Assembly (NCBI GenBank): GCA_019090455.1
Contig: JAHRWA010000058.1
Location: forward strand, 1,989 to 65,988
Reading direction: 5' to 3'
Length of the DNA stretch: 64,000 nucleotides
Source: Pseudomonadales bacterium
GTDB lineage: Bacteria > Pseudomonadota > Gammaproteobacteria > Pseudomonadales > DC-out160
Of the stretch, positions 11,773 through 21,818 are shown one piece after another. Below the pieces are notes generated by a model. The model ran no database searches. It was not told the origin of the DNA and saw only the letters and a program-made list of their open reading frames with translations. How positions within the stretch are numbered: the first letter of the stretch is position 1; each line of letters opens with the position of its first letter. The translations under genes and the position numbers were made by a program.

Positions 11773-13398
11773 ATGAGTACGAACTTTTCCCAAGCGAAGA
11801 CGATAGAGAATATTATTACCCAGACCTGGCATCCCTTAAAGGTCTATGCCTGTTACCGTCTCGTATTAGCACTCATTTTATTGACTGCTTACTTTTTCCC
11901 ATACAGCGCCTCTCTTCTTGGGCGACATGATCACGCTCTGTATTTCGTCTCTAGCCTTTGCTATGCGATTATTACGATCGTCTCTCTTTATTTTATTAAT
12001 CGCGCCAGCAAAATCACCAGCATCACCACCTTCGCTGTGATTTTTATTGATATTGTTCTGATTACGGTAATGGCTCATGCCAGTGGTGGCGTGAATAGCA
12101 ATTTGGTGATTTTACTAGTCGTGGCAGTGGCGGCTGGCGGCATTCTCATTATCGGTCAAGTAGGCACCCTCATTGCTGCAATCGCCACTATTGCTGTTAT
12201 TTACGAGCAAATTTATTTTTCTTACTTTATTGAAACCATCCCCTCCACTCAATTCATTCAAGCAGGTCTACTGGGAATCACCTTTTTTGGCACTTCTCTG
12301 GTTTGTCAATTATTGTCTAAACGACTTCAGGCCAGTGAGTTATTGGCAACCCAACATGCCTCTGATCTACGCACCTTGGAAAAACTCAATCACCATATTA
12401 TTCAACGAATGCGAACCGGCATTATTGCTATTGATGATAAACATCAGATTAGAATGCTAAATGAATCGGCCTGGCATTTATTGAATATGCCACCACAAAC
12501 AACCAACCAAACACTCGAAAAAATATCACCTGAACTCAATGACGCTACGATTACCTGGCTTACCGATACCGAGCAACAAAACAGCAGTTTTCGTAGTTCG
12601 CCAACAGGCCCCGAAATATCAGCTAGTTTTACGGAGCTAGAAGAGGAATCGGGTACGGGAATCTTAATATTTTTAGATGATAATGCCCGCATGACTCAGC
12701 AAGCCCAACAACTCAAACTTGCCTCTTTAGGGAGACTGACTGCAGGAATAGCTCATGAAATTCGCAATCCTTTAGGCGCTATTAGCCATGCAGCACAACT
12801 CCTACAAGAATCAACGGCCATGGACTCTGCCGATCTACGCCTGACTCAAATCATTCAGAACCACTCTGTTCGAATGAATGACATCATCGAAAATGTGTTA
12901 CAACTCTCTCGTCAAAAACCCGCTCTACCCACGCTACTAAACATTGGAAAATGGCTGCCTAAATTCATGGACGATTTCCAAGTCAGCTTGCCAGAAAAAG
13001 CGGACATTCATTGTAAAATCGATCCGGAAGATTTACAGGTACGCATCGACCCGAGTCAACTCAGCCAGATCATCACTAATTTAAGTGAGAATGGATTACG
13101 CTATAGCAAACAGGCCACCAACAAGATGCAATTGGAATTAATCTGTGGCTGGACTGAAGACGGACAACATCCTTACGTCGATATCATCGACAAAGGACTC
13201 GGTGTGGATAAAGATCAAGTGGAGAATTTGTTTGAGCCCTTTTTCACATCAGAGACAACCGGAACGGGATTAGGCTTGTACATTGCAAAAGAACTTTGTG
13301 AATCCAATCAAGCCCGGCTCAATTACATCCCCGTACCCACTGGCGGCAGTTGTTTTCGGATTACCTTTGCTCACCCCGGACGCATCATAGCGATATAA
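11773..13398 (+). CDS. pilS: Two-component sensor histidine kinase PilS
   Basis: About 6 N-terminal TMs (YRLVL...SGGVNS), PAS-like region, H-box LASLGRLTAGIAHEIRNPL, HATPase FEPFFTS..GTGLGLYI. Confidence 0.92.
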   Translation: MSTNFSQAKTIENIITQTWHPLKVYACYRLVLALILLTAYFFPYSASLLGRHDHALYFVSSLCYAIITIVSLYFINRASKITSITTFAVIFIDIVLITVMAHASGGVNSNLVILLVVAVAAGGILIIGQVGTLIAAIATIAVIYEQIYFSYFIETIPSTQFIQAGLLGITFFGTSLVCQLLSKRLQASELLATQHASDLRTLEKLNHHIIQRMRTGIIAIDDKHQIRMLNESAWHLLNMPPQTTNQTLEKISPELNDATITWLTDTEQQNSSFRSSPTGPEISASFTELEEESGTGILIFLDDNARMTQQAQQLKLASLGRLTAGIAHEIRNPLGAISHAAQLLQESTAMDSADLRLTQIIQNHSVRMNDIIENVLQLSRQKPALPTLLNIGKWLPKFMDDFQVSLPEKADIHCKIDPEDLQVRIDPSQLSQIITNLSENGLRYSKQATNKMQLELICGWTEDGQHPYVDIIDKGLGVDKDQVENLFEPFFTSETTGTGLGLYIAKELCESNQARLNYIPVPTGGSCFRITFAHPGRIIAI

Positions 13399-13421
13399 AT
13401 TTCAAGGAATTGACTTTAAAA

Positions 13422-14837
13422 ATGAACTCGCAAGCACTCATAGTAGATGACGAACCCGATATTCGTGAGCTTTTGGAAATAACCTTAGGCCGAATGAAAA
13501 TTGATACTTTTACCGCAGCCAATGTGACGGCAGCAAAAAAGTTATTGAGTGAGAAAAAATTTGATCTATGCCTCACCGACATGCGCCTGCCAGATGGTAA
13601 TGGAATCGAACTGGTCCAATACATTCAAAAAATACAACCGGAACTACCAGTAGCGGTACTCACCGCCTTTGGCAATATGGACACAGCAGTCACTGCGCTG
13701 AAAGCTGGTGCTTTTGATTTCGTTTCAAAACCTGTGGATTTAGAACGTTTGAGAGGATTAATAGACAAAGCTCTAAAACTCACTAGCGGCCTATCAGAAA
13801 AGGAGGAGAGTAATTCCCCTTTTCAAATAATTGGTCAATCGCCTGCCATCAAAACACTACAACTGGAAATTCATAAGTTTGCTCGTAGCCAAGCCCCCGT
13901 CTACATCAGCGGGGAATCAGGCAGCGGCAAGGAGTTAGTGGCTAGGCTTATTCATCAAATGGGCCCCAGATCCGAGGCGCCGTTTATCCCGGTCAACTGC
14001 GGAGCTATCCCTAGCGAATTGATGGAAAGTGAATTCTTTGGACACAAGAAAGGCAGCTTTACCGGTGCAGTTGAAGACAAGATAGGTCTATTCCAAGCGG
14101 CACACGGCGGCACCTTATTTCTCGATGAGGTGGCCGATTTACCACTACATATGCAGGTTAAACTCCTTCGGGCAATCCAGGAGAAATCCATACGCCCCAT
14201 TGGTACACAAAAAGAAATCAGTGTTGATATTCGGATACTCAGCGCGACGCACAAAGACCTAGCCATTGAAGTCGAAGGTGGGCATTTCCGACAAGATCTC
14301 TTTTATCGTATTAACGTCATTCCATTATCCGTTCCACCGCTAAGAGATCGCAAGGAGGACATCCCTATTCTCTCTGAGCATTTCATTCAACGCCTATCAA
14401 AAGAATGGCAGCTAACAACACCCACACTGACCTCTGCGGCAAAAGGCGCCTTATTTGCCTACGCCTTTCCCGGCAATGTTCGCGAATTAGAAAACATTTT
14501 GGAACGTGCTCTCACACTTTGCGACACTAATGACATTACTGCGGAAAATTTACAACTCCCCGCTACGCAAGTGGCCGGTATAGATACGCATTCCTCGACC
14601 CATTCTACTAGCAGCACCAATACACGCGCCTCTAGCCCCCCCACCCCAAGCGCATCATTACCGGAGGGACAAACACTTGAGACTTATCTTACGGATATCG
14701 AAAAGAATATTATCCTTCATGCTCTAGACGAAACGCGCTGGAATCGGACAGCAGCTGCAAAAAACCTAGGCATGACCTTTCGCTCATTAAGGTACCGACT
14801 CAAAAAACTTGAGTTAGATGACGGCAAGGGGGAATAA
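13422..14837 (+). CDS. pilR: Sigma54-dependent response regulator PilR
   Basis: Receiver (VDDEPDIRELL, TDMRLPDG), AAA+ GESGSGKE, GSFTGA loop, Fis-type HTH WNRTAAAKNLGMTFRSLRYRL; start taken at ATG 13422. Confidence 0.94.
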   Translation: MNSQALIVDDEPDIRELLEITLGRMKIDTFTAANVTAAKKLLSEKKFDLCLTDMRLPDGNGIELVQYIQKIQPELPVAVLTAFGNMDTAVTALKAGAFDFVSKPVDLERLRGLIDKALKLTSGLSEKEESNSPFQIIGQSPAIKTLQLEIHKFARSQAPVYISGESGSGKELVARLIHQMGPRSEAPFIPVNCGAIPSELMESEFFGHKKGSFTGAVEDKIGLFQAAHGGTLFLDEVADLPLHMQVKLLRAIQEKSIRPIGTQKEISVDIRILSATHKDLAIEVEGGHFRQDLFYRINVIPLSVPPLRDRKEDIPILSEHFIQRLSKEWQLTTPTLTSAAKGALFAYAFPGNVRELENILERALTLCDTNDITAENLQLPATQVAGIDTHSSTHSTSSTNTRASSPPTPSASLPEGQTLETYLTDIEKNIILHALDETRWNRTAAAKNLGMTFRSLRYRLKKLELDDGKGE

Positions 14838-14976
14838 CGCAAAGCATATCTAACCCGTCAGTAGGCCCGAGGTCCCGACTCACGAATCTTCAGACATTTA
14901 AGTTTACTTTGTCTTCTTAGCTTTAATCGAAAAACACTTTTATTCCAAAAGTAATTTTCGATTACAGGAGGCAATT

Positions 14977-15561
14977 ATGTCTGATACACCTCGGATTCAT
15001 CAGCACCGACCACTATCAAAACTGAACACTACAGTTAAAGGGTTTTCATTCATTGAAGCCCTCTTCTCTATCGCAATTACTGCGCTGGTCGCGAGCTTCG
15101 CTATACCCTCCTTCGACAGGTTTACTGCAACCCTGCAAGTTCGAGACACCACCTTTCAAATCCGAAATTTTTTCACCGGCGCAAAAGTGTGGGCAGTCAA
15201 GAATCACTTGCCTGTTTTAATTTGTGCTTCTACCGACGGTACTCAGTGCAACAGGGACTGGTCAGGACAGCTAATGATGATAACGGACTCCAATCAAAAT
15301 AGAACATTTGATGTGGGTACAGACTTCGTTTTAAAGCAAGAGGCACTAGGGGCTAGACATCTGAATATCCGCGCAGGTAGAAATCTATTCTCTTACCCCA
15401 TTCGACGCAATGGTAGCCTGGGGATTTTAGGAGACAGCATTTTCATCTGTCATCCTAAATATGCAGATCTGGGGCTTAGGGTCGTATTGTGGCGAACAGG
15501 GAGTTACCGAATTACAGATAAAGACTCAGATGGAAATCCACTTTCCTGTCCGTCTAGCTAA
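14977..15561 (+). CDS. fimT: FimT/GspH-family minor (pseudo)pilin
   Basis: Prepilin motif KG|FSFIEALFSIAI, AIPSF, ICASTDGTQCNRDWSG; RBS AGGAGG. Confidence 0.75.
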   Translation: MSDTPRIHQHRPLSKLNTTVKGFSFIEALFSIAITALVASFAIPSFDRFTATLQVRDTTFQIRNFFTGAKVWAVKNHLPVLICASTDGTQCNRDWSGQLMMITDSNQNRTFDVGTDFVLKQEALGARHLNIRAGRNLFSYPIRRNGSLGILGDSIFICHPKYADLGLRVVLWRTGSYRITDKDSDGNPLSCPSS

Positions 15562-15579
15562 TGCCCGAATTACCGTCTA

Positions 15580-16131
15580 TTAAAAAGCATTATCCGTTGC
15601 GCAAGCCGTTGCCAAAGTGGTGGTGGAATCACTGCCCTCATACCAACACCCAAAAGATTTATCGCTCATAACCAGTGATCCATCCCCCTCCATATAATTG
15701 CCAGAAACAGGAATCGCAGTAATCAGGTACGTTGCTCCATTGGTCGCAACATCGACCCCTAAGGTATAGTAATCACTACTACTCGCATTCGTAATGGCAT
15801 CCGTCACGCCCCCATATACAGCAGTAGCACTGGTATCCACACTGTCGTAGTTTTGATTAATATTCTTCGCTTTAAACAATGAAATAGCAGCCGCTACTGT
15901 CATCAAATCTTTTTTTGCTTGCGCTCGATAACCACGTTTTACGTAAGAGTCATAGGTGGGTAAGGCGACAGCACTTAGAATACCGATAATAACAACAACA
16001 ATCAGTAATTCGATTAATGTAAAACCATAGCCCTTTACATTTAAGACTTTAAAATCCTCCGCCTTAGCATGTGAGGCCTTAACAGCTGAACCATTAAAAT
16101 TGGAATCTTCCGCACTAAAACTACAATTCAC
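15580..16131 (-). CDS. pilE: Type IV minor pilin PilE
   Basis: YG|FTLIELLIVVVIIGILSAVALPTYDSYV; last gene of the fimU operon; RBS AAGGAG before GTG. Confidence 0.88.
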   Translation of the reverse strand: MNCSFSAEDSNFNGSAVKASHAKAEDFKVLNVKGYGFTLIELLIVVVIIGILSAVALPTYDSYVKRGYRAQAKKDLMTVAAAISLFKAKNINQNYDSVDTSATAVYGGVTDAITNASSSDYYTLGVDVATNGATYLITAIPVSGNYMEGDGSLVMSDKSFGCWYEGSDSTTTLATACATDNAF

Positions 16132-16170
16132 TATCTTACTCCTTCCAACACATAGTTTATGAACTCAAAC

Positions 16171-19100
16171 TTACGGGGCAGCCAGAGATCTCCAACTGGT
16201 TTTCTTCATCATTTCTGTGGGCGGGTCAATCGCCTCTGAGCTTGGCAACAACGTAAATCGCGTATTGCCATTCGCATCCTGAGTCATCACAACAGCAGGC
16301 GTTGCTGCCGGCCCCTGCATCACTTCCTGATACGCTGTTAGCTGATTATTGTTATTGCTAAATAAATTGGTGCCGCTACCAATTGAAGAACAGGCAAGAC
16401 TGAGAGCATACAATCGAGACACCCCGGTATCCACTACACAGGCACCAGTAGCGGGTGCCGTTTCAGGAGGTATGTAGCTGGTAAAGTAAAGATTGGAATT
16501 AAAGACAAAAGGAGACCCATAGGAACGCTCCCGATCTGCGGTTAATTCCATTTTCCAACCAACATCGTGGTAAGCCACTGCACCGGAAGTGGTGCCATCC
16601 GCTGCTAACACGACCGTCTCCAGATCACCGACCACAATGTTCTGTGGGCTCAGGCCTAATGAGTCGTGAATAACGAATAGGTGCTCATCAGTCCCAGACG
16701 TAAACGGTCTAGGCCGATCCCCGGACACGATAGCTACATTCACTTTTCCACATGCGGAGAACGACACACTAGGTGGATCAAAAAAACGCCTGTTTCTATT
16801 ACTTGAAATCGTGCCCGTTCGACCCAGCTTCGCCATCACTGTCACTTCCCCAAATGAAGGGCTAGACGTCATAGTATCCAATTGCGGCTCTTCAGCGTTA
16901 TCCAAATCAATTCGGAAAATTTGACCGGCTAAATCTGCTACATATAAACGATCAGTTAATCCGTCACTATTCAAATCCAGGACTTTAACGTTAGAGGGTA
17001 TACTAAACTTCATATCCGCTTGGCGTCGATAACCCGTCGGATAAACTCCAGTATTCCAAGTGCTCGAGGATGTCCACCACAACAACTTTCCCGTCATAGC
17101 ATCAACGATGTAAACTGCGCTGCCTTTATCCACTACATTATTATCAACTTGGTCAGCATCATCGTATTTATCGTCATACCCCCCCGCAAAAATAATAACG
17201 GGTGTTCTAATACCACCTACGTTAATTTGCCCAAGCTCAGGTTGAGACCATGTCTGCCCCATATTCTCGTAGGGATAATTGGCGATGGGTGGATTCTGCG
17301 CCCCTCCTAAAATTGCAAATTGGAACTTTGGTTTAATATCGGCCGCATCCAATTGACCATTCACGGAACTCACATCCAACGAGTAATAGTTATTACCACC
17401 CCGTCTCATACCGCCATACGTAAAGACAAAATCAGAATTAGGGTAGCTTGGGTTGGGGTCCGCCGTAATCGTATCATCCTTGCAGAAGATTCCCGGGCTA
17501 CATTCTTTCCACGCGTCAAATCGAAATACTGTCCAGGTACTATCGAGGCCGTAAATAAGAGGCTCTCCGGTAGGAGCGGGATCATTGGAGGAAAACGATG
17601 CTAGGTTTTCTAACAACTCAAAGGGAATAAAGCGAAACAGTTCTCTTGCACCAGGAGCGGCCCGACTCACATCAAATCCGTGAAAGAAACCTCGATTGGT
17701 GCTGACAAATATCGAATTATATAACTCGTCCTGATCCACAATTCCAACATTATTCGTCCCATCATCCCAAGAATAGGTGACTAGTTGTCCTTGGGAATGA
17801 ATGGGCGAACCCATATTTTGGTTTAGTCGTGCCCATTCAATGATAATCTCTGCTCCATCTATCGGAACCCCAATCGGCAGAGGTATATTATTCACATTAG
17901 TGTTATCCAACGCATGCACAGAATCGCTCAACTCAGGCGATTGAATGGGGTAATTCACCCACCCAGGCTCAGCATCATATCCTCCAAATAAGCTATAAAC
18001 CCTATCTGTACCTGAAGGCGCCCCCAAACGGCCAGCAAGCCCACCAAGCTCCACATCCCCTCCATCTGGCGCGTCGAGCGTCGATGTCCACCAGCTAGTC
18101 GCATCAGGGTTGAATCGAGTCACCAATCGCGTAGTTGTAATGTTGTTTAGATCCACGGTCGCAACTCTTTCATTGATTATCGCCTTTTCACCATTTATAC
18201 CTACGGCTTCCCCAATGACGCTATCCAAATCAAATCGTTTTAAATTGCCCAACCAATCCGCTCGATCAGAAGGTCGATACATGGAGTAATAAAGCTGATT
18301 AAAATGCTGCAGTCCACTGACTTGATTCACTGCTATCGAAGGTATTGAAATTGTCGCAGCAGCCTGATCGATATTTCTTAATATATCCGCCAAACTTTCT
18401 ACCAAAGAAGTTCCATCATTTGCGCTGTAGTAGTCGCTCGTGCCTGATGCTAGATTCTCCAACTCTTGGATATCTGTTGCGCTATACCTATTATCAATAT
18501 CAAACCCAATTACATGAACTCTGACACTCTCATCTGTTCCCGTTGGTGCTTTTATCTCATCGGCTATTTTCTTTGTACAATCCCAAGTATCCAAAGTATC
18601 ACAACCCCCTACAGACGAGCTAAAACCATTATATAAAGCGCTTAAGTTTCTGCTCGCCCCTAGAGGAGAGATAAAGTTATTCGAATCAGGAAAACCATCA
18701 CCCACAAAGATTAAATGATTCTGGGTAGCACAATTGGTGTTAGTGGAGACTGCAGGAGCTCGGTAGGACAACGAGGAGGAAAACTCAGATTCATAAGGCA
18801 ACGTATCAAACCGACTCTGCACGCACGCTCTGGACCTCGTAGTGGTATACGCACAAGCTAAATCAGAAAGACTAGCAACACTGTCAAAACCATCGGAATG
18901 ACTCAATTGAGAAGTCTGCATATAGCCCAAACGAGGCCCATGAAACAAACCTAATTGCCCCAGTGGATCCCCATCATCACCAATCCCTGCACCATACTCC
19001 ACTGCCCCTCCTCTGAAATAATTACCGACTTCAAGCAGAGTCCCTGCAATGGCGGCTTTACCATTACTGGGTAACAACTCCACAAGCTCCAACAATTTAT

Positions 19101-20223
19101 TTCTAACACTGGTAACTGGCTCATTTGGAAAATTGAGATTAGGGTCTGCCGTGCAAGTATTTACACCGCTCACATTGCCCTTGGTATATTTAACGACTAA
19201 CCGTGGCGCCGCCGAAATAGCCAACTCATTTGTATGTATATGTCGACTACCTGTATTGCCTGCAACTCCAGAAACAAGAAACGTCATCGCTGATCCTGGA
19301 CACCATTCTGGCTCTGATGCTAATGGCGTGACTTTTTGCTGAACCAAACTAGTCACATCTATCGAATGAAAATCACCATATGAGAATTGGTCAAGTGATA
19401 CTGTGGGTAACTGATAGATATCCGAAGTCGCAGGTTGCAACAAGGCTTGCGAGGACCCCATAAAACGTGGCGTGGCATCTTTCAGCACGCTAATCGTAAC
19501 GGATGCGGCACCAACACTTGAATTATCAACATTATCGGAGGGCACGTCCGATTGCTTAGCACCATGAAAAACGAGATATGCCTCGGTAATACTAGCACCA
19601 CGCGGAATCCTAATTTTATCAATACGCAAACCTAAAATAACATCGGGATTGGCTATATCCACATAGGGCTCATCAGACCAGGCAATGACCGGGTCTTGCG
19701 CTCTACCGCTACCGTCTCTGGCAACCGACGCATCATCGAGAATAAACTCACTCCTAGGGATATGGAGCCAAGCATCGTCATGCGGATGAATAACAGGGTA
19801 CACAGAGGAATACTCAAAGCTGGCAGTACCGTCTCCAACATCTCGACTTAACATGCTGACAGGGTAAAGAATACTACCGCCAGGATGAGTGAATCGTGAC
19901 ATCCCTACGGAAAGACCGCCATTAAGCCCGGAAATAACATTGCGTAACGCGCTCTGCATTTGGGTTATTTTTTGTTTCCCATGGCCCGTATAAGCACAGG
20001 TATCTATCGGAATCACACCGCTGACAGGGGGTAAAGCCACTTCGCAGCTCATGCTATCAGAGGTGCCCAGCATCAACATGATATTTGGACTAATGCCAGA
20101 TCCACCTGACGTGCCATATATATCAACATCATCTGCAATACTGTTGTCAGCCACAACAAACAGGCAACAGAATAAAACCCCATTGAAAACCCGCCTTATA
20201 TTGATCCCCAATTCATATCTCAT
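16171..20223 (-). CDS. pilY1: Type IV pilus tip adhesin PilY1
   Basis: Signal peptide, vWA-like N-terminus, WLGNLKRF, YGLDSTW, GGMRRGG, MGQTWSQP, FAGGYD and Ca-loop DLNSDGLTDRLYVADLAGQIFRIDL. Confidence 0.92.
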   Translation of the reverse strand: MRYELGINIRRVFNGVLFCCLFVVADNSIADDVDIYGTSGGSGISPNIMLMLGTSDSMSCEVALPPVSGVIPIDTCAYTGHGKQKITQMQSALRNVISGLNGGLSVGMSRFTHPGGSILYPVSMLSRDVGDGTASFEYSSVYPVIHPHDDAWLHIPRSEFILDDASVARDGSGRAQDPVIAWSDEPYVDIANPDVILGLRIDKIRIPRGASITEAYLVFHGAKQSDVPSDNVDNSSVGAASVTISVLKDATPRFMGSSQALLQPATSDIYQLPTVSLDQFSYGDFHSIDVTSLVQQKVTPLASEPEWCPGSAMTFLVSGVAGNTGSRHIHTNELAISAAPRLVVKYTKGNVSGVNTCTADPNLNFPNEPVTSVRNKLLELVELLPSNGKAAIAGTLLEVGNYFRGGAVEYGAGIGDDGDPLGQLGLFHGPRLGYMQTSQLSHSDGFDSVASLSDLACAYTTTRSRACVQSRFDTLPYESEFSSSLSYRAPAVSTNTNCATQNHLIFVGDGFPDSNNFISPLGASRNLSALYNGFSSSVGGCDTLDTWDCTKKIADEIKAPTGTDESVRVHVIGFDIDNRYSATDIQELENLASGTSDYYSANDGTSLVESLADILRNIDQAAATISIPSIAVNQVSGLQHFNQLYYSMYRPSDRADWLGNLKRFDLDSVIGEAVGINGEKAIINERVATVDLNNITTTRLVTRFNPDATSWWTSTLDAPDGGDVELGGLAGRLGAPSGTDRVYSLFGGYDAEPGWVNYPIQSPELSDSVHALDNTNVNNIPLPIGVPIDGAEIIIEWARLNQNMGSPIHSQGQLVTYSWDDGTNNVGIVDQDELYNSIFVSTNRGFFHGFDVSRAAPGARELFRFIPFELLENLASFSSNDPAPTGEPLIYGLDSTWTVFRFDAWKECSPGIFCKDDTITADPNPSYPNSDFVFTYGGMRRGGNNYYSLDVSSVNGQLDAADIKPKFQFAILGGAQNPPIANYPYENMGQTWSQPELGQINVGGIRTPVIIFAGGYDDKYDDADQVDNNVVDKGSAVYIVDAMTGKLLWWTSSSTWNTGVYPTGYRRQADMKFSIPSNVKVLDLNSDGLTDRLYVADLAGQIFRIDLDNAEEPQLDTMTSSPSFGEVTVMAKLGRTGTISSNRNRRFFDPPSVSFSACGKVNVAIVSGDRPRPFTSGTDEHLFVIHDSLGLSPQNIVVGDLETVVLAADGTTSGAVAYHDVGWKMELTADRERSYGSPFVFNSNLYFTSYIPPETAPATGACVVDTGVSRLYALSLACSSIGSGTNLFSNNNNQLTAYQEVMQGPAATPAVVMTQDANGNTRFTLLPSSEAIDPPTEMMKKTSWRSLAAP

Positions 20224-20252
20224 CTACATCACAACCTTTATCAATATAACGG

Positions 20253-20954
20253 TTAAATACAATCTTTCTTCGCGGGCTGCATCTCATTCGAATCAACCCC
20301 CATATGTACCCAAAGCTGGACATTTTGAGTATCGGCATTGGTATTAGGCATTTGCGCTATACCCCGCGTTTCAAACTTTAGGTTCACAAAACTACCCATC
20401 TCAAATCCGGCCACACCCGCAACGGGACCACAAAACCGGGTATCCGTCATCGCCTCTATGCCGCGACCTGCCACATCAATCAATGCGTTTCCGATACAGG
20501 CGCTCGTCGTTTGACCTTGAATATCCAAACCAACACCGCCGGCTTGATCAATCAAGTTGGAAACACCGCCATTATTAGCTGCAGTGGTAGTCAAGCCACC
20601 GTCTTCGATTTCATCCGTTATTGCCTGCTTCATCATTTTGTTAAAACTAATGCAATCGTCTTCATTGATAACACTTTCGATCACTGTATCAATGGCAGTT
20701 TCGGCGGTCTGATCAACCAACTGAATGGCTCTGGAGTTATTGGCCATAGTCGCTTGGAAATTTCCGGTCTTGAGAGTGGATACACCCATTATGGTAATCA
20801 CTAACATCAAAACTAGAATAATGGGCAACGCAAGACCTTGATCCTGTCGGCTCTGTAAATCACCACTCGAATAATGACTCCCCCACCAACGACTATTTTG
20901 AGATGAGTCAACATTATTTTTTTCAATTATCATTCTTTTATACCTACATTTCAC
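20253..20954 (-). CDS. pilX: Type IV minor pilin PilX
   Basis: QG|LALPIILVLMLVITIMGVS (no Glu5, as expected for PilX), MANN..AETA; position in the operon. Start uncertain. Confidence 0.8.
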   Translation of the reverse strand: MKCRYKRMIIEKNNVDSSQNSRWWGSHYSSGDLQSRQDQGLALPIILVLMLVITIMGVSTLKTGNFQATMANNSRAIQLVDQTAETAIDTVIESVINEDDCISFNKMMKQAITDEIEDGGLTTTAANNGGVSNLIDQAGGVGLDIQGQTTSACIGNALIDVAGRGIEAMTDTRFCGPVAGVAGFEMGSFVNLKFETRGIAQMPNTNADTQNVQLWVHMGVDSNEMQPAKKDCI

Positions 20955-21818
20955 TTAGATACTTAGACGCCTAGGCATATTCCGTAGCTCTACCGTTGTC
21001 GTAAATTTCCGGCTAATCAAACTTGTCTCATCATTGACGGTGACGGTTTTATCCAACACATCGTAAGACTTACCTACACTCGGAATCACTGTCCCCGTCG
21101 ATACTACGCTGTCATACTCATCAGTAGTCAGCAATAAGCCTAGCTGGATCGCAACGACGCTAGAATCAGCCGGTAGATCATCAACAGTGGTATAAGTAGA
21201 AATATGATAATCGCTCGCACCACGAACACCATATAACACTTGGAAACTTTCAACACCGGTCACTAACTTGCCTACAGTGCTGGCGCCGCCAGTTCTATCA
21301 CGACAATACAAGTTTCTATCATTGACATAATACTCACTAATAATGAGAGTACTTTGATTGATGTTGAGGCTATCCCCTAGGCAACTTGTATCATCCTCAG
21401 TCACGGCACAACGATGCACAACCAAGACATCACTCTCGTTACCACTCCAGGAATCCACAACATCATTTTGTGAGACGACGGCAGGAGCGCTTCCAAGACG
21501 AATGGGCGACTGCTTGCCACCCGTATCAGTTACGAATTCAGACCAACCGCATTCACCACCGCCAGCTGCACCTCCCATACCATGCCCCGCTAAACGAATA
21601 TCTCGTATCATATATTCAATCGAAAAGCGGCCACCCTCTTGCACTTCAGACGTGCCATTTTGCAATCGATAGGTTTGAGAGCTGGTCAATAATAACTGAA
21701 TTCCTGCAGCGGCAATCAAACTACCCAATAGTAACGCCACCAACAATTCAACTAAGCTAAATCCTCGCAGATAATTGCCAGGTAAAGTAGGTGTCTTTCG
21801 AGATCCATTAAAAATCAT
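20955..21818 (-). CDS. pilW: Type IV minor pilin PilW
   Basis: RG|FSLVELLVALLLG, QEGGRF, DIRLAG, LVTGVESFQVLYG, TTTVELRN; start moved to ATG 21818, overlapping the end of pilV. Confidence 0.88.
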   Translation of the reverse strand: MIFNGSRKTPTLPGNYLRGFSLVELLVALLLGSLIAAAGIQLLLTSSQTYRLQNGTSEVQEGGRFSIEYMIRDIRLAGHGMGGAAGGGECGWSEFVTDTGGKQSPIRLGSAPAVVSQNDVVDSWSGNESDVLVVHRCAVTEDDTSCLGDSLNINQSTLIISEYYVNDRNLYCRDRTGGASTVGKLVTGVESFQVLYGVRGASDYHISTYTTVDDLPADSSVVAIQLGLLLTTDEYDSVVSTGTVIPSVGKSYDVLDKTVTVNDETSLISRKFTTTVELRNMPRRLSI

